DNA of 56,692 nucleotides from a virus (lineage: Duplodnaviria; Caudoviricetes). The DNA lies in the IMG/VR virus record IMGVR_UViG_3300050330_000084, positions 1 to 56,692 of that record; one strand, 5' to 3'. Shown in pieces: positions 1-7,581 of this stretch (within the stretch, counting starts at the first letter, position 1; each line of letters opens with the position of its first letter). The translations under genes and the position numbers were made by a program. The notes beneath the pieces are model-generated. The model did not search any database. It had not been told where the DNA came from and saw nothing but the letters and a program-made list of their open reading frames with translations.

Positions 1-378
1 ATGCTCCACAGCCCGCGCACATACGAGACGCCTGACGAGATCAGGTCATTCGCTGGAACTCTCAGGAAAAGAGCAGTCGCAGGCCGCAATACGTTGCTAT
101 CGCCGGAAACGTCGATTCTGATAGCTCAGGCACTGGAAGCATATGCGCCGACGCCATCGCAACCGGTGCCGCACTCCCCTTCTGCGCGCTTCCTCATCGA
201 CGTATTCGACAGGGGCTCGGCCATCTATAGGCTGGATCGGCAGGGCGAGATTTCCGAAGTCGTCGCGTGGGCGCAAAGTACGCTTACCGCGAACGCGGCA
301 TTTGCCGTGCTGGTCAAGCAAAACCCGACAGAACGCTTCGCACAGAAGCGCAAGTCTTGGGTCGAACAAGAGAGTTAA
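1..378 (+). CDS. Hypothetical protein
   Basis: 125-aa ORF from ATG at base 1, protein-like composition. Confidence 0.55.
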   Translation: MLHSPRTYETPDEIRSFAGTLRKRAVAGRNTLLSPETSILIAQALEAYAPTPSQPVPHSPSARFLIDVFDRGSAIYRLDRQGEISEVVAWAQSTLTANAAFAVLVKQNPTERFAQKRKSWVEQES

Positions 379-414
379 GAGGGGAAAGGCTATGACCAAG
401 CAGGGCAACCCGCT

Positions 415-597
415 ATGAGCGACGATCCGATCAAGCTGCCGGAGGGCTTTGCACCGGTTGCGCCGGGCGGCGTGCAGGCGCACCGCTGCGAGCACGAGGG
501 CTGTGGCAAGTGGGGCGGATTTGGCTTCGCCAGACCCAGGCAGGCGCCTCACTGGTTTTGCTTCGGCCACCGCGCCGACGGCGAGCGCTACCTGTGA
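415..597 (+). CDS. Small Cys/His (putative zinc-binding) protein
   Basis: HRCEHEGCGKWGGFG...WFCFGH motif; GTGA overlap with next ORF. Confidence 0.6.
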   Translation: MSDDPIKLPEGFAPVAPGGVQAHRCEHEGCGKWGGFGFARPRQAPHWFCFGHRADGERYL

Positions 598-887
598 CCG
601 AGACCGCCGCAGATGCGCTCGATAGGCTTGAGCGTCTGATTGCCGACGTGCCCGAGCCCTACGAGATGACGCACACGGCCGCCCGGCGGCTGCTGATCCG
701 GGCGACCAGGGAGGCTCCGGCCTCGGCCGCCCTCTCGGTCGCGATCGACGAATTCCACGCCCACCTGCACTACATGACGCTCAACATGGAGCTGTACGGC
801 CGCGACCAGATCGCCCTTGCCGCTTATCAGGACAACTGCCGGGCGGCGCTTCGCACGGTCATGGCCATATGCAGGATGGTCAACTAG
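594..887 (+). CDS. Hypothetical protein
   Basis: GTG start overlapping upstream stop (GTGA); helical 97-aa product. Confidence 0.55.
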   Translation: MTETAADALDRLERLIADVPEPYEMTHTAARRLLIRATREAPASAALSVAIDEFHAHLHYMTLNMELYGRDQIALAAYQDNCRAALRTVMAICRMVN

Positions 888-898
888 CGGTAACGCAA

Positions 899-958
899 AA
901 AAATGCACTCATTGGTGCATTTTTCTATTGACGCATGCACCGATTGGTGCAATATAGA
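899..958 (+). promoter_or_regulatory. Sigma70-like promoter with two palindromic operators
   Basis: TGCACTCATTGGTGCA (904-919) and TGCACCGATTGGTGCA (936-951) flank TTGACG (928-933); AT-rich -10 region at about 951-958. Confidence 0.7.
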
Positions 959-1016
959 AACATCAACAACGAGTTGATGCCCGCGCCTCGGGGACCTCAG
1001 GGGCTGAGTGCCGAAG

Positions 1017-1289
1017 ATGATCAACCTCTCCGAAATCAAGGCTGAAGCAGAGAAGTTCGAAGGCGTATACAGCGCCTCCATCTGGAACGACCGCCGCGTG
1101 TACGTCAACTTCATCGGCGCTGATCGCGCCTTCGCAGGCTGCCGCAACCTCAAGGTCTACTACGACGCCAAGAGCGGCTGGCAGGTTGATGGCATCAAGG
1201 GCAACTATCCTTCCGAATTCATTCGTAATGCCCGCGCCTTCACCAACCACATCGGCCTGCGCAATTCACGCGGCGGCTCTGTGCTTTGA
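1017..1289 (+). CDS. Hypothetical phage protein
   Basis: First ORF after the promoter; strong GC3 codon bias. Confidence 0.65.
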   Translation: MINLSEIKAEAEKFEGVYSASIWNDRRVYVNFIGADRAFAGCRNLKVYYDAKSGWQVDGIKGNYPSEFIRNARAFTNHIGLRNSRGGSVL

Positions 1290-1301
1290 GAGGAGAGAAA
1301 A

Positions 1302-1541
1302 ATGACCAGCCATCCGAATCGCAGCAAGGTCCGCTACTTCAAGGTGTGCCCCAATGGGTACTCTAACCAGGTCCTCTATTTCCGTGTCCCTCTGGACAAG
1401 ATCGCTGAAGTCAATGCCTATTTCGCGCATTATGAGGACGACGTTGAGCGTGGTGGCTATTGCAACTGGACAGAGGACAGCGCCGCCAAGATTCCCGGCG
1501 TTGCCGTAAACTGGGAGGATCGGGCTCGTGTCAATTTCTAA
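1302..1541 (+). CDS. Hypothetical phage protein (MTSHPNRS N-terminus)
   Basis: GAGGAG RBS upstream; 79 aa. Confidence 0.7.
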   Translation: MTSHPNRSKVRYFKVCPNGYSNQVLYFRVPLDKIAEVNAYFAHYEDDVERGGYCNWTEDSAAKIPGVAVNWEDRARVNF

Positions 1542-1560
1542 ACCTGCGGGGAACGCTAAT

Positions 1561-1971
1561 ATGGGAAAGCACATCATTTTGACTGCCAAGATCCCCTGCG
1601 ACGATCCAGCGACCGACCTGACCGCCTCTCAGCGGGCGGCGATGATCAAATATGTCAACGCCGACGATGCGCATGCAGACTATCTTGCCGCCCTCGAACT
1701 GGATCGGATGATGCAGCTCGAAAACCTCGGTAGGATCGAGTACGACTCGCGGGAGTTTGTCGTCCTCGAGCCACCTCATGCCGTGCCCCAGGTCGAGACG
1801 CGCGGATACCTGCTCAGACACTCCCCATACGAGATCGGCCCCAGCTTGGATGTCGGGCCGCAGGAGCGCGCCAAGATCGTCGCGGCGCTTGGCGCTAAAG
1901 GGGACTGGTACGTCACCCGGTACGACAAAAAAAATACGTATAGGCGCGTTGACGGCTTCGAACCGGCATGA
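1561..1971 (+). CDS. Hypothetical protein
   Basis: ATG at 1561; ATGA-coupled to the HTH gene. Confidence 0.6.
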   Translation: MGKHIILTAKIPCDDPATDLTASQRAAMIKYVNADDAHADYLAALELDRMMQLENLGRIEYDSREFVVLEPPHAVPQVETRGYLLRHSPYEIGPSLDVGPQERAKIVAALGAKGDWYVTRYDKKNTYRRVDGFEPA

Positions 1972-2174
1972 CCGCGCAGGAATTTTCCTCATGGCGGCAA
2001 CAGATGGGCCTCAACCGCGTCCAGGCGGCCGATGCCCTTGGCGTTGGACGCAACCAGCCGCGACGCTACGAGGAGGGCCAGCCGATCCCGAAATATATCG
2101 CGCTGGCCTGCGCCGCCCTTGCGAAGGGTATAGGCCCATGGCCGGAGACACCGGGAGAACACCATGATGCCTGA
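1968..2174 (+). CDS. XRE/Cro-type HTH regulator
   Basis: FSSWRQQMGLNRVQAADALGVGRNQPRRYEEG..IPKYIALAC HTH signature. Confidence 0.85.
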   Translation: MTAQEFSSWRQQMGLNRVQAADALGVGRNQPRRYEEGQPIPKYIALACAALAKGIGPWPETPGEHHDA

Positions 2175-2733
2175 AAATCCGGCACTCAGCGTAGGTGCGC
2201 CATGGCCATACCCGATGCACCATGAGGGCCTCGGCATCGTGGCATCCATCGCGGCTGATGGGCTGGACCTGCTGCTATCGGTTACGATTGGCAACCCGAC
2301 AAGGCAGGAGATTGACGCCCTGCGATCGGGGCCGCTACGCGTCGGGCTTATGCCCTCACCACCACTGGTCTGGCTGGTGCTCTACGGCGACGGCATATCG
2401 TTCGACACGCCGTTCGCTCCGGGCCTCGCCGGCAGCGCCATGTCGCCGGAGCACCATGCAGCGGCTGCGAAGGCCGCTGAATGGGCGCCGAAAACCCGGC
2501 GCCTGCTCACTCTTGGCGTCGCCGACACATCGACCGGGCAAACGGTCGCCCTGCGTGCAATATCGTTGACACGTAAATGGTGGCAGGAATGGGCGGATTG
2601 CTGCGCGCAGGCAAGCGCCCCCATCACTCAGGCGCAATGGCAAGCCGCCCAGCAGCGCGATTACCAACGCTGGCCGAGCACAGACGCCCTGCTCAAGTCG
2701 TGTCGTATGGTAGAAAAGGCCGGGGCCGTGTAG
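2164..2733 (+). CDS. Hypothetical protein
   Basis: 189-aa ORF overlapping the HTH gene end; GGAG RBS. Confidence 0.6.
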   Translation: MMPENPALSVGAPWPYPMHHEGLGIVASIAADGLDLLLSVTIGNPTRQEIDALRSGPLRVGLMPSPPLVWLVLYGDGISFDTPFAPGLAGSAMSPEHHAAAAKAAEWAPKTRRLLTLGVADTSTGQTVALRAISLTRKWWQEWADCCAQASAPITQAQWQAAQQRDYQRWPSTDALLKSCRMVEKAGAV

Positions 2734-2847
2734 CCGCAGGCGATGGCTTGCGCGGCTGTCGCAAAAGGTCTTAAACCTTGGCCGTTCTAGTCGTCCCTCG
2801 GGGCGTGGGTCGCAACCAGTCTATCCGACGCAACGAGGGCGGGAAGC

Positions 2848-3105
2848 ATGCGACCACATAAATCTATCGGCGAACGAATGCGGCGCGCGAAGACGCTGGA
2901 CAAGCGCCGGGAGACCGCGATGGACTGGGCTGCGAGTTGGTACGCAGATCATCTGTCGGTCATTTACGAACTCGAAAAGGCTCTCCAGCACAGGGATGTT
3001 GCCTCCGCAGGTCGATATTGCGGGCAACTCAAAGTCCTACATGACAAGGCCCTGTCGGCCCTGCCGCGCGTCATAGATTCGCTGTCGGATGAGGATATCG
3101 CGTAG
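2848..3105 (+). CDS. Hypothetical protein
   Basis: 85-aa helical ORF with purine-rich upstream sequence. Confidence 0.55.
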   Translation: MRPHKSIGERMRRAKTLDKRRETAMDWAASWYADHLSVIYELEKALQHRDVASAGRYCGQLKVLHDKALSALPRVIDSLSDEDIA

Positions 3106-3114
3106 CCCGCAACA

Positions 3115-3375
3115 TCAGCGATGTTGTCGCTCGGCCAACACATCGACCTCTTTCGCGGCTGCCACAAATGCCTCTCGCGCCGCCGCAACCGTGCCGCCGC
3201 CCTCCATCGCGGCGAGGCACGCCTCCTTGGCGGCGAGTAGCGCTGGACCGCCGCCGCCCGGCCAGTCGTTGAGCAGCAACTCGGCCGCCTTACTGACCGA
3301 CGAAACGACATCAGCCTTGTAGTCGTGCGTGCCCAGGATCACACGCACCGGGCTTGCGAAATAGAGGTTCGGCAT
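3115..3375 (-). CDS. DUF982 family protein
   Basis: FASPVRV...SVSKAAELLLNDWP...AKEACLAAMEG..VAAAREAFVAAAKEVDVL pattern. Confidence 0.8.
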   Translation of the reverse strand: MPNLYFASPVRVILGTHDYKADVVSSVSKAAELLLNDWPGGGGPALLAAKEACLAAMEGGGTVAAAREAFVAAAKEVDVLAERQHR

Positions 3376-3484
3376 GGCCGGACTCAACTCGACCGGCGGC
3401 CAGAGGTTCCGGCTTGTGCATGATCCCGCTGCGTGATTTCATCGCCAACATGGGAGGCGGGGCTCGTCAGGAGGAGGCGAGACG

Positions 3485-3655
3485 ATGCAGTTGCATCAGA
3501 GAGGTGTCGATCTGCTCGTCAACGTTCTGGACGCTGCAGATCATATCGAGACATTGAGCCCCGAGGAAATCCGGCGCTTGCTCAAAGCGGTGGCCGATGT
3601 CATGGGCCAGATACTGGAGAGGGACGCGGCGCTGGCGCTGAAGAAGCCGCGATGA
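3485..3655 (+). CDS. Small hypothetical protein (56 aa, not in ORF track)
   Basis: GGAGGAGG RBS; MQLHQRGVDLLVNVLDAADHIETLSPEEIRRLLKAVADVMGQILERDAALALKKPR; ATGA-coupled to next gene. Confidence 0.65.
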   Translation: MQLHQRGVDLLVNVLDAADHIETLSPEEIRRLLKAVADVMGQILERDAALALKKPR

Positions 3656-3999
3656 GGGGTGCGCTTGTGACTCAGTTCGCAACGGTTTTTCTGTCAGGTG
3701 CCTTACTTGCCGTACTCTGTGGTCTGGTGCGTTTGGCTTTTAATCACCAAGAGCCATATCGAAAACTATTACTTCTGATGAATAGCGCGCTGTTCTTTGT
3801 TGGGGAAGCTTACCTGATTGGTCTGATTGGATACGTAATTGGATTACACAATGGGATAGCCCGATACGATTCGGACGCTGCAAATTCCATAAGTCTAAAT
3901 ATTTGGATGTTTTCGCCAAACATTATCATGGCGGCTTTTATACTAGTTTGTGCCGGCCTGTATTATATACCGAAGAAAATCGGCATGGGCGAAGATTAG
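3652..3999 (+). CDS. AT-rich membrane protein (about 3 TM)
   Basis: Three hydrophobic stretches; visibly lower GC than flanks. Confidence 0.6.
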   Translation: MRGALVTQFATVFLSGALLAVLCGLVRLAFNHQEPYRKLLLLMNSALFFVGEAYLIGLIGYVIGLHNGIARYDSDAANSISLNIWMFSPNIIMAAFILVCAGLYYIPKKIGMGED

Positions 4000-4254
4000 C
4001 TCGATGCATAGCCATGCTGCAACAGTGCAGGGCACCGCTATTTTCGCGCCGAAAATCATTGCGTTTTTCACAGCAAGCCAATCACAACAAGACATAACCA
4101 ACCCCCAATGGAAGCACAGCGATCATAAGAGTGAATCTGCTTGCGATCATGTCGCATTCGATCGAGTCTGAATTTCGCGGCACAACCACGCTCCGGTACA
4201 ACCGCAACGGTAGTGGCCTCCCCCGTCATCGCATGCCATGCTAAGGTGGCGCCC

Positions 4255-4500
4255 CTACGGCGTCGGCGGCGTCTGGAACCAGCCGATGATCTTCATGACG
4301 CTCTCGCCGAGCATGAGGATGCCGGCCAGAAGGCTCAGCACGGCGATGGCGAGCCACTTCGTGACCTTGCCGAAGCCGATGATGGCGCGGATGATCGGCA
4401 GGCCGGCCTTGATGGTCCGGGCGTCCTCCGGGCTAAGGCCGGACAGCAATTCCTTCGTTTCGTCGGGGAGATCATCGAAACGCTTGGCTGTCTCGCTCAT
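4255..4500 (-). CDS. Putative holin-like membrane protein
   Basis: 81 aa with C-terminal TM segment; last gene of the lysis cassette. Confidence 0.55.
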   Translation of the reverse strand: MSETAKRFDDLPDETKELLSGLSPEDARTIKAGLPIIRAIIGFGKVTKWLAIAVLSLLAGILMLGESVMKIIGWFQTPPTP

Positions 4501-4574
4501 AGCGGCCTCATGGCGGTGTAGATGACGATGGCGAGCAGGGCAGCGGCGCTGGCGTAGAGGCCGAGGTCGGTCAT
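4497..4574 (-). CDS. 25-aa single-TM peptide
   Basis: MTDLGLYASAAALLAIVIYTAMRPL; ATGA overlaps at both ends. Confidence 0.45.
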   Translation of the reverse strand: MTDLGLYASAAALLAIVIYTAMRPL

Positions 4575-4783
4575 TTCCAGCACCCCGCCTTCGCTCCAAA
4601 GAGGTTGTGCGCCGCAACCTGCTCAGCGAAGGGCCGGTCCTGCACGATGACGAATGCTCGCGTCTGTGCCGCCGGCGTCAACCGCTTCCAGCCGTCGCAC
4701 TCACTCGCAGGCGCCCGCGTCTGACACCCGGCCGCCAAGAGCACGACACAGGCCAGCGTCGTCCATGTTGCGAATCTGGTCAT
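4571..4783 (-). CDS. o-spanin (Rz1-like lipoprotein)
   Basis: Lipobox LAAG-C; overlaps the 3' end of the i-spanin gene in another frame. Confidence 0.75.
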   Translation of the reverse strand: MTRFATWTTLACVVLLAAGCQTRAPASECDGWKRLTPAAQTRAFVIVQDRPFAEQVAAHNLFGAKAGCWK

Positions 4784-4952
4784 CGGTCGCGTTCCTTTCG
4801 CGCAAGACTTCGACGGATCGGGTGAGGATGGCCTGCCGTTCGGATGCAGCGCCGGCGTGGTAGCCATCAAGCCACGCAGCCATGAGGAGGCCGGCGACGA
4901 ACAAGAGGCCCAGCAGCGCCCGCCCTATGGGCGAGAGGATGAAGGCAATCAT
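4701..4952 (-). CDS. i-spanin (Rz-like)
   Basis: N-terminal TM, coiled-coil-like body, C-terminal Cys pair; overlapped by a lipoprotein gene. Confidence 0.72.
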   Translation of the reverse strand: MIAFILSPIGRALLGLLFVAGLLMAAWLDGYHAGAASERQAILTRSVEVLRERNATDDQIRNMDDAGLCRALGGRVSDAGACE

Positions 4953-5290
4953 CAGTTCACCACGACGATTTTGTCCGGGTCGAATCGCGGCTGATAGATG
5001 CCGCACGTGACCTGCGGCCAATATGGCGTCCACGGCGTTTCCCACGGCTGGGGCTCGCGCCGATACGGCATTGGCTGGGGGATGACGACGGGATTGCCCG
5101 GCGCTGGAGCCGGTTGAGCGCCGGATACCCCCGGGCAGGTATCGACATGAGGCCCGTGGTGCTTCTGGCACGACGGGCAGAACCAAGCCTTGCGTTCCAT
5201 GTTCTTATCTCCTGAACGTCCACCAGATGAGCCAGTGCAGGCCACGGCACAAAGCGTGGCCAGCAAGCCGAGGATGATGGTGAACATCAC
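4952..5290 (-). CDS. Hypothetical protein with CxxC-HxPHxxxC motif (start may be ATG at 5200)
   Basis: WFCPSCQKHHGPHVDTCP and Pro-rich tail; AGGAG upstream of 5200, signal-like N-terminus if started at 5290. Confidence 0.55.
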   Translation of the reverse strand: MMFTIILGLLATLCAVACTGSSGGRSGDKNMERKAWFCPSCQKHHGPHVDTCPGVSGAQPAPAPGNPVVIPQPMPYRREPQPWETPWTPYWPQVTCGIYQPRFDPDKIVVVN

Positions 5291-5664
5291 GCTTCCCCTG
5301 CCCGGCGTTTCAGCGCCTCGTAGCTGTCGAGGCAGACTTCGTTGTCGCGGTAGAACAGCTTGCGGAGGCGCATGAAGTCCTCATGCTTCGCAGCTAAACG
5401 TCGTTGACGCCTGCGTTCTGCCCAATGGATGGCGCCGATGACGCCGGCATTGCCGAGCAACCAAAGGCCCGTAAGAACACCATAGACCTGCCAGTACCCC
5501 GGTAGCGGATACCAGGTCCCAACCGCGAGACGGGCTCCGATCTGGAGCGCCCCGATGAAGATGAACCCAGGGGCGAAGGCATACAGGATCGCAGCACAGA
5601 CGATACCGAAGCCTGCCATCATGGCGACGCCCGACATTGCCTTTCCGAGAGAGTGTCCGTCCAT
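5287..5664 (-). CDS. Membrane protein in lysis cassette (possible holin/antiholin)
   Basis: 2-3 TM segments and charged C-terminus; coupled to the endolysin stop. Confidence 0.55.
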   Translation of the reverse strand: MDGHSLGKAMSGVAMMAGFGIVCAAILYAFAPGFIFIGALQIGARLAVGTWYPLPGYWQVYGVLTGLWLLGNAGVIGAIHWAERRRQRRLAAKHEDFMRLRKLFYRDNEVCLDSYEALKRRAGEA

Positions 5665-6491
5665 CACGCCAGCCCTTCGCGAATGTCCTTGAATGCCCCG
5701 ATGATCTGCCGGCGCATCAGGATCAGGATCACCAGCATGACGATGGCCAGCCCGCCGATGGCAAGCACCGTCTGCCAGTCCGCCCCGAGCAGGCCGGCGA
5801 CGCCGACGCCACCCGAGCCGAAGATGCCGGTAATCCAGCCCCACAGGCTGGTCTTCTTCTTGACCTCGGCGTCGACGGTTTCGGGCACGGTCGGCACGTC
5901 TACCGGCACGGGCACCGTGACCTCGCGCACCGGCTGGCCTTCCGCGTGCCGGCGGCTGACCTCCGCCAGAGCCGCCTTGACCTGAGAGACAGACACGCCG
6001 GCATTCTGCCCGGCATAGTGGCCCTTCCCGTCCGGCTTGGGGATCGAGGCCCACTCCTGCGCCAGATTGCGCAACAGCGTGTCGAGTGCCAGGCGCCCGG
6101 ACAACCACTTGTCGATACCGCGCTGCCCTAGTAGGTAGCAGCCGAGGCGATCCTGCATCCCGGCATCGAAAAGCTCCTTGCCGGTGAGCCCGAGCTGTTC
6201 GCGGATGGTCCGGAGCGTGGTGCGGATGATCTGGTAGCGCCCCAGCGCCGAGGAGCGCAGCTTGTTCTTCGGATGCTGGAGCATCTTGGTCTGGAGCGCG
6301 TCGATCTGGAGCAGCGTCATGCCGACCAGATTCACGTCGCCGCCGGTGTAGGCTCCATATCCCAGCGTCTCGTTGTAGCCCCGGCCCTTATCCGTCCCCT
6401 CGGACTTGCCGATGAGATCGAGCATCGGGCGGTAGACGTAATACTTGTCGCGCGCAGCAGCAGTCGCCGCGCCGGTGGGCACGTTCGTCAT
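5664..6491 (-). CDS. Endolysin, lambda R-like lytic transglycosylase with C-terminal hydrophobic segments
   Basis: LDLIGKSEGT, SSALGRYQII, QEWASIP motifs typical of lambda-lysozyme-like enzymes. Confidence 0.85.
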   Translation of the reverse strand: MTNVPTGAATAAARDKYYVYRPMLDLIGKSEGTDKGRGYNETLGYGAYTGGDVNLVGMTLLQIDALQTKMLQHPKNKLRSSALGRYQIIRTTLRTIREQLGLTGKELFDAGMQDRLGCYLLGQRGIDKWLSGRLALDTLLRNLAQEWASIPKPDGKGHYAGQNAGVSVSQVKAALAEVSRRHAEGQPVREVTVPVPVDVPTVPETVDAEVKKKTSLWGWITGIFGSGGVGVAGLLGADWQTVLAIGGLAIVMLVILILMRRQIIGAFKDIREGLA

Positions 6492-6587
6492 GATGATGTC
6501 CTTTCGGTGGATGATGCCGGCAGCGCCGTTGACGCCGCGGAACGTGGCTGGCTAACTTTCCCGCCTTGCGTGAGGGAGGTCAGTCAC

Positions 6588-6701
6588 ATGCGTTACAATT
6601 GGGAGCGGGAACCCTATCCGTGGGAGAGGCACCCGACAGGCTGGATGATCGCAGCGGCGATTGTCGGGGCCTGCGCCATGGTGGCATGGCCGTTTATCTA
6701 G
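6588..6701 (+). CDS. 37-aa single-TM peptide
   Basis: GGGAGG RBS; TTGACG upstream; hydrophobic C-terminus. Confidence 0.5.
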   Translation: MRYNWEREPYPWERHPTGWMIAAAIVGACAMVAWPFI

Positions 6702-6708
6702 CGGCGGG

Positions 6709-6736
6709 TTGCCTCACAAAATTTGGCGGTTAATCT
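6709..6736 (+). promoter_or_regulatory. Putative sigma70 promoter of the structured RNA
   Basis: TTGCCT-N16-TAATCT; predicted start about 6742-6743 coincides with the base of the first hairpin. Confidence 0.55.
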
Positions 6737-6742
6737 AGTTGA

Positions 6743-7058
6743 GCTGCTCTCGGGGGATTTCGAGCAGCGCGCCCGGCCGTATGCTCGCCCCCCCCCCCCC
6801 GAGCAATCTCCTACGGCCGGGCGACCCTTGCAAAACCCAGCCAACAGCATAGGGTTGTGTCGCTGCCGCCCGCCTAGTGGCAGTAGCCCTGCCGCCGGTC
6901 GCATGCCACTCCAGACTGGCGGCCGGGCACTCAACCTTGAACCCGCCCGGCTACCGGCTACACTGAAGTTGCTGCCACAGACCTCCGGTAGCAGCCCGGC
7001 CGCACAGGCATATCCTCCTCGCTCACCCAGCGGCCGGGCATTTGCACTGTGGCAGCAA
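6743..7058 (+). ncRNA. Candidate multi-hairpin, pseudoknotted non-coding RNA
   Basis: Eight adjacent stems; 12-bp loop-to-tail pairing 6969-6980/7047-7058; G-U wobble pairs work only on the + strand; no convincing CDS. Confidence 0.65.
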
Positions 7059-7199
7059 GGCATGGCCGCGAGCATCGAGCCGTCCGCACTACCCTTGCGC
7101 GAATTTTTACCATTTGATCCAAAGTCCGTGGTATATGTTCCGCCGGAGGCGACGCTACACGGGCTTGGGGATGCACGTTTGCGAGTAGTTCAGGAGTTA

Positions 7200-7385
7200 G
7201 TGTTGGAGCAGATCGGCGACGATCTGTGCCTTGTGGTCAAGACGTCAGAAAGCCGTTTTCGCGGCATCCTTGGGGCCATCGATCCGGACATCATTCGTAG
7301 TTTGGGTGAGCGGGCAGCCGCCATCGCCGAAGCATATGAACGGCGTAATGGGATAGGCTTTAAGGCAAGTCTCTACGAAATCTGA
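7200..7385 (+). CDS. Small hypothetical protein (start uncertain: 7061, 7200 or 7203)
   Basis: AGGAG at 7192-7196; TGnTATATG extended -10-like sequence at 7129-7137. Confidence 0.45.
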   Translation: MLEQIGDDLCLVVKTSESRFRGILGAIDPDIIRSLGERAAAIAEAYERRNGIGFKASLYEI

Positions 7386-7581
7386 CGACGGCACACGGGC
7401 TTGCCGCATCACAGTTCGACCGCCCGCCATGGATCGTGTGCCAGCCAGCCGGCTCGGGATCAAGACGCGCCGTGGTGATGATGCCCGGCCCGACGTCGCG
7501 CGCGGTGTAGACCAGCCCTTCCGACGCTACCAGAGCGCTTGGGGTTGACTGACGTTTTGGCCGCTTTCGCGTTTTGCCCTA

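Noticed and set aside
904-951. NtrC binding sites
   Set aside because: Half-sites resemble TGCACC/GGTGCA but the spacing is 4 nt rather than the 5 nt of the 17-bp NtrC box, and a local HTH gene is a simpler explanation
6743-7058. DGR template repeat, retron msr-msd or CRISPR array as the explanation for the structured region
   Set aside because: No reverse transcriptase or cas gene in the window, no adenine-variant copy seen in the fibre genes, and no identical direct repeats with regular spacing
6698-7199. Long ORFs 6723-7385 (+) and 6698-7075 (-) across the hairpin region
   Set aside because: Pro/Arg/Gly-rich translations through GC stems and a C13 run; only the 3' part of the + ORF looks protein-like
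7386-7580. Possible gene remnant on the minus strand after the fibre chaperone
   Set aside because: Short open frame with no start or RBS and no recognisable motif
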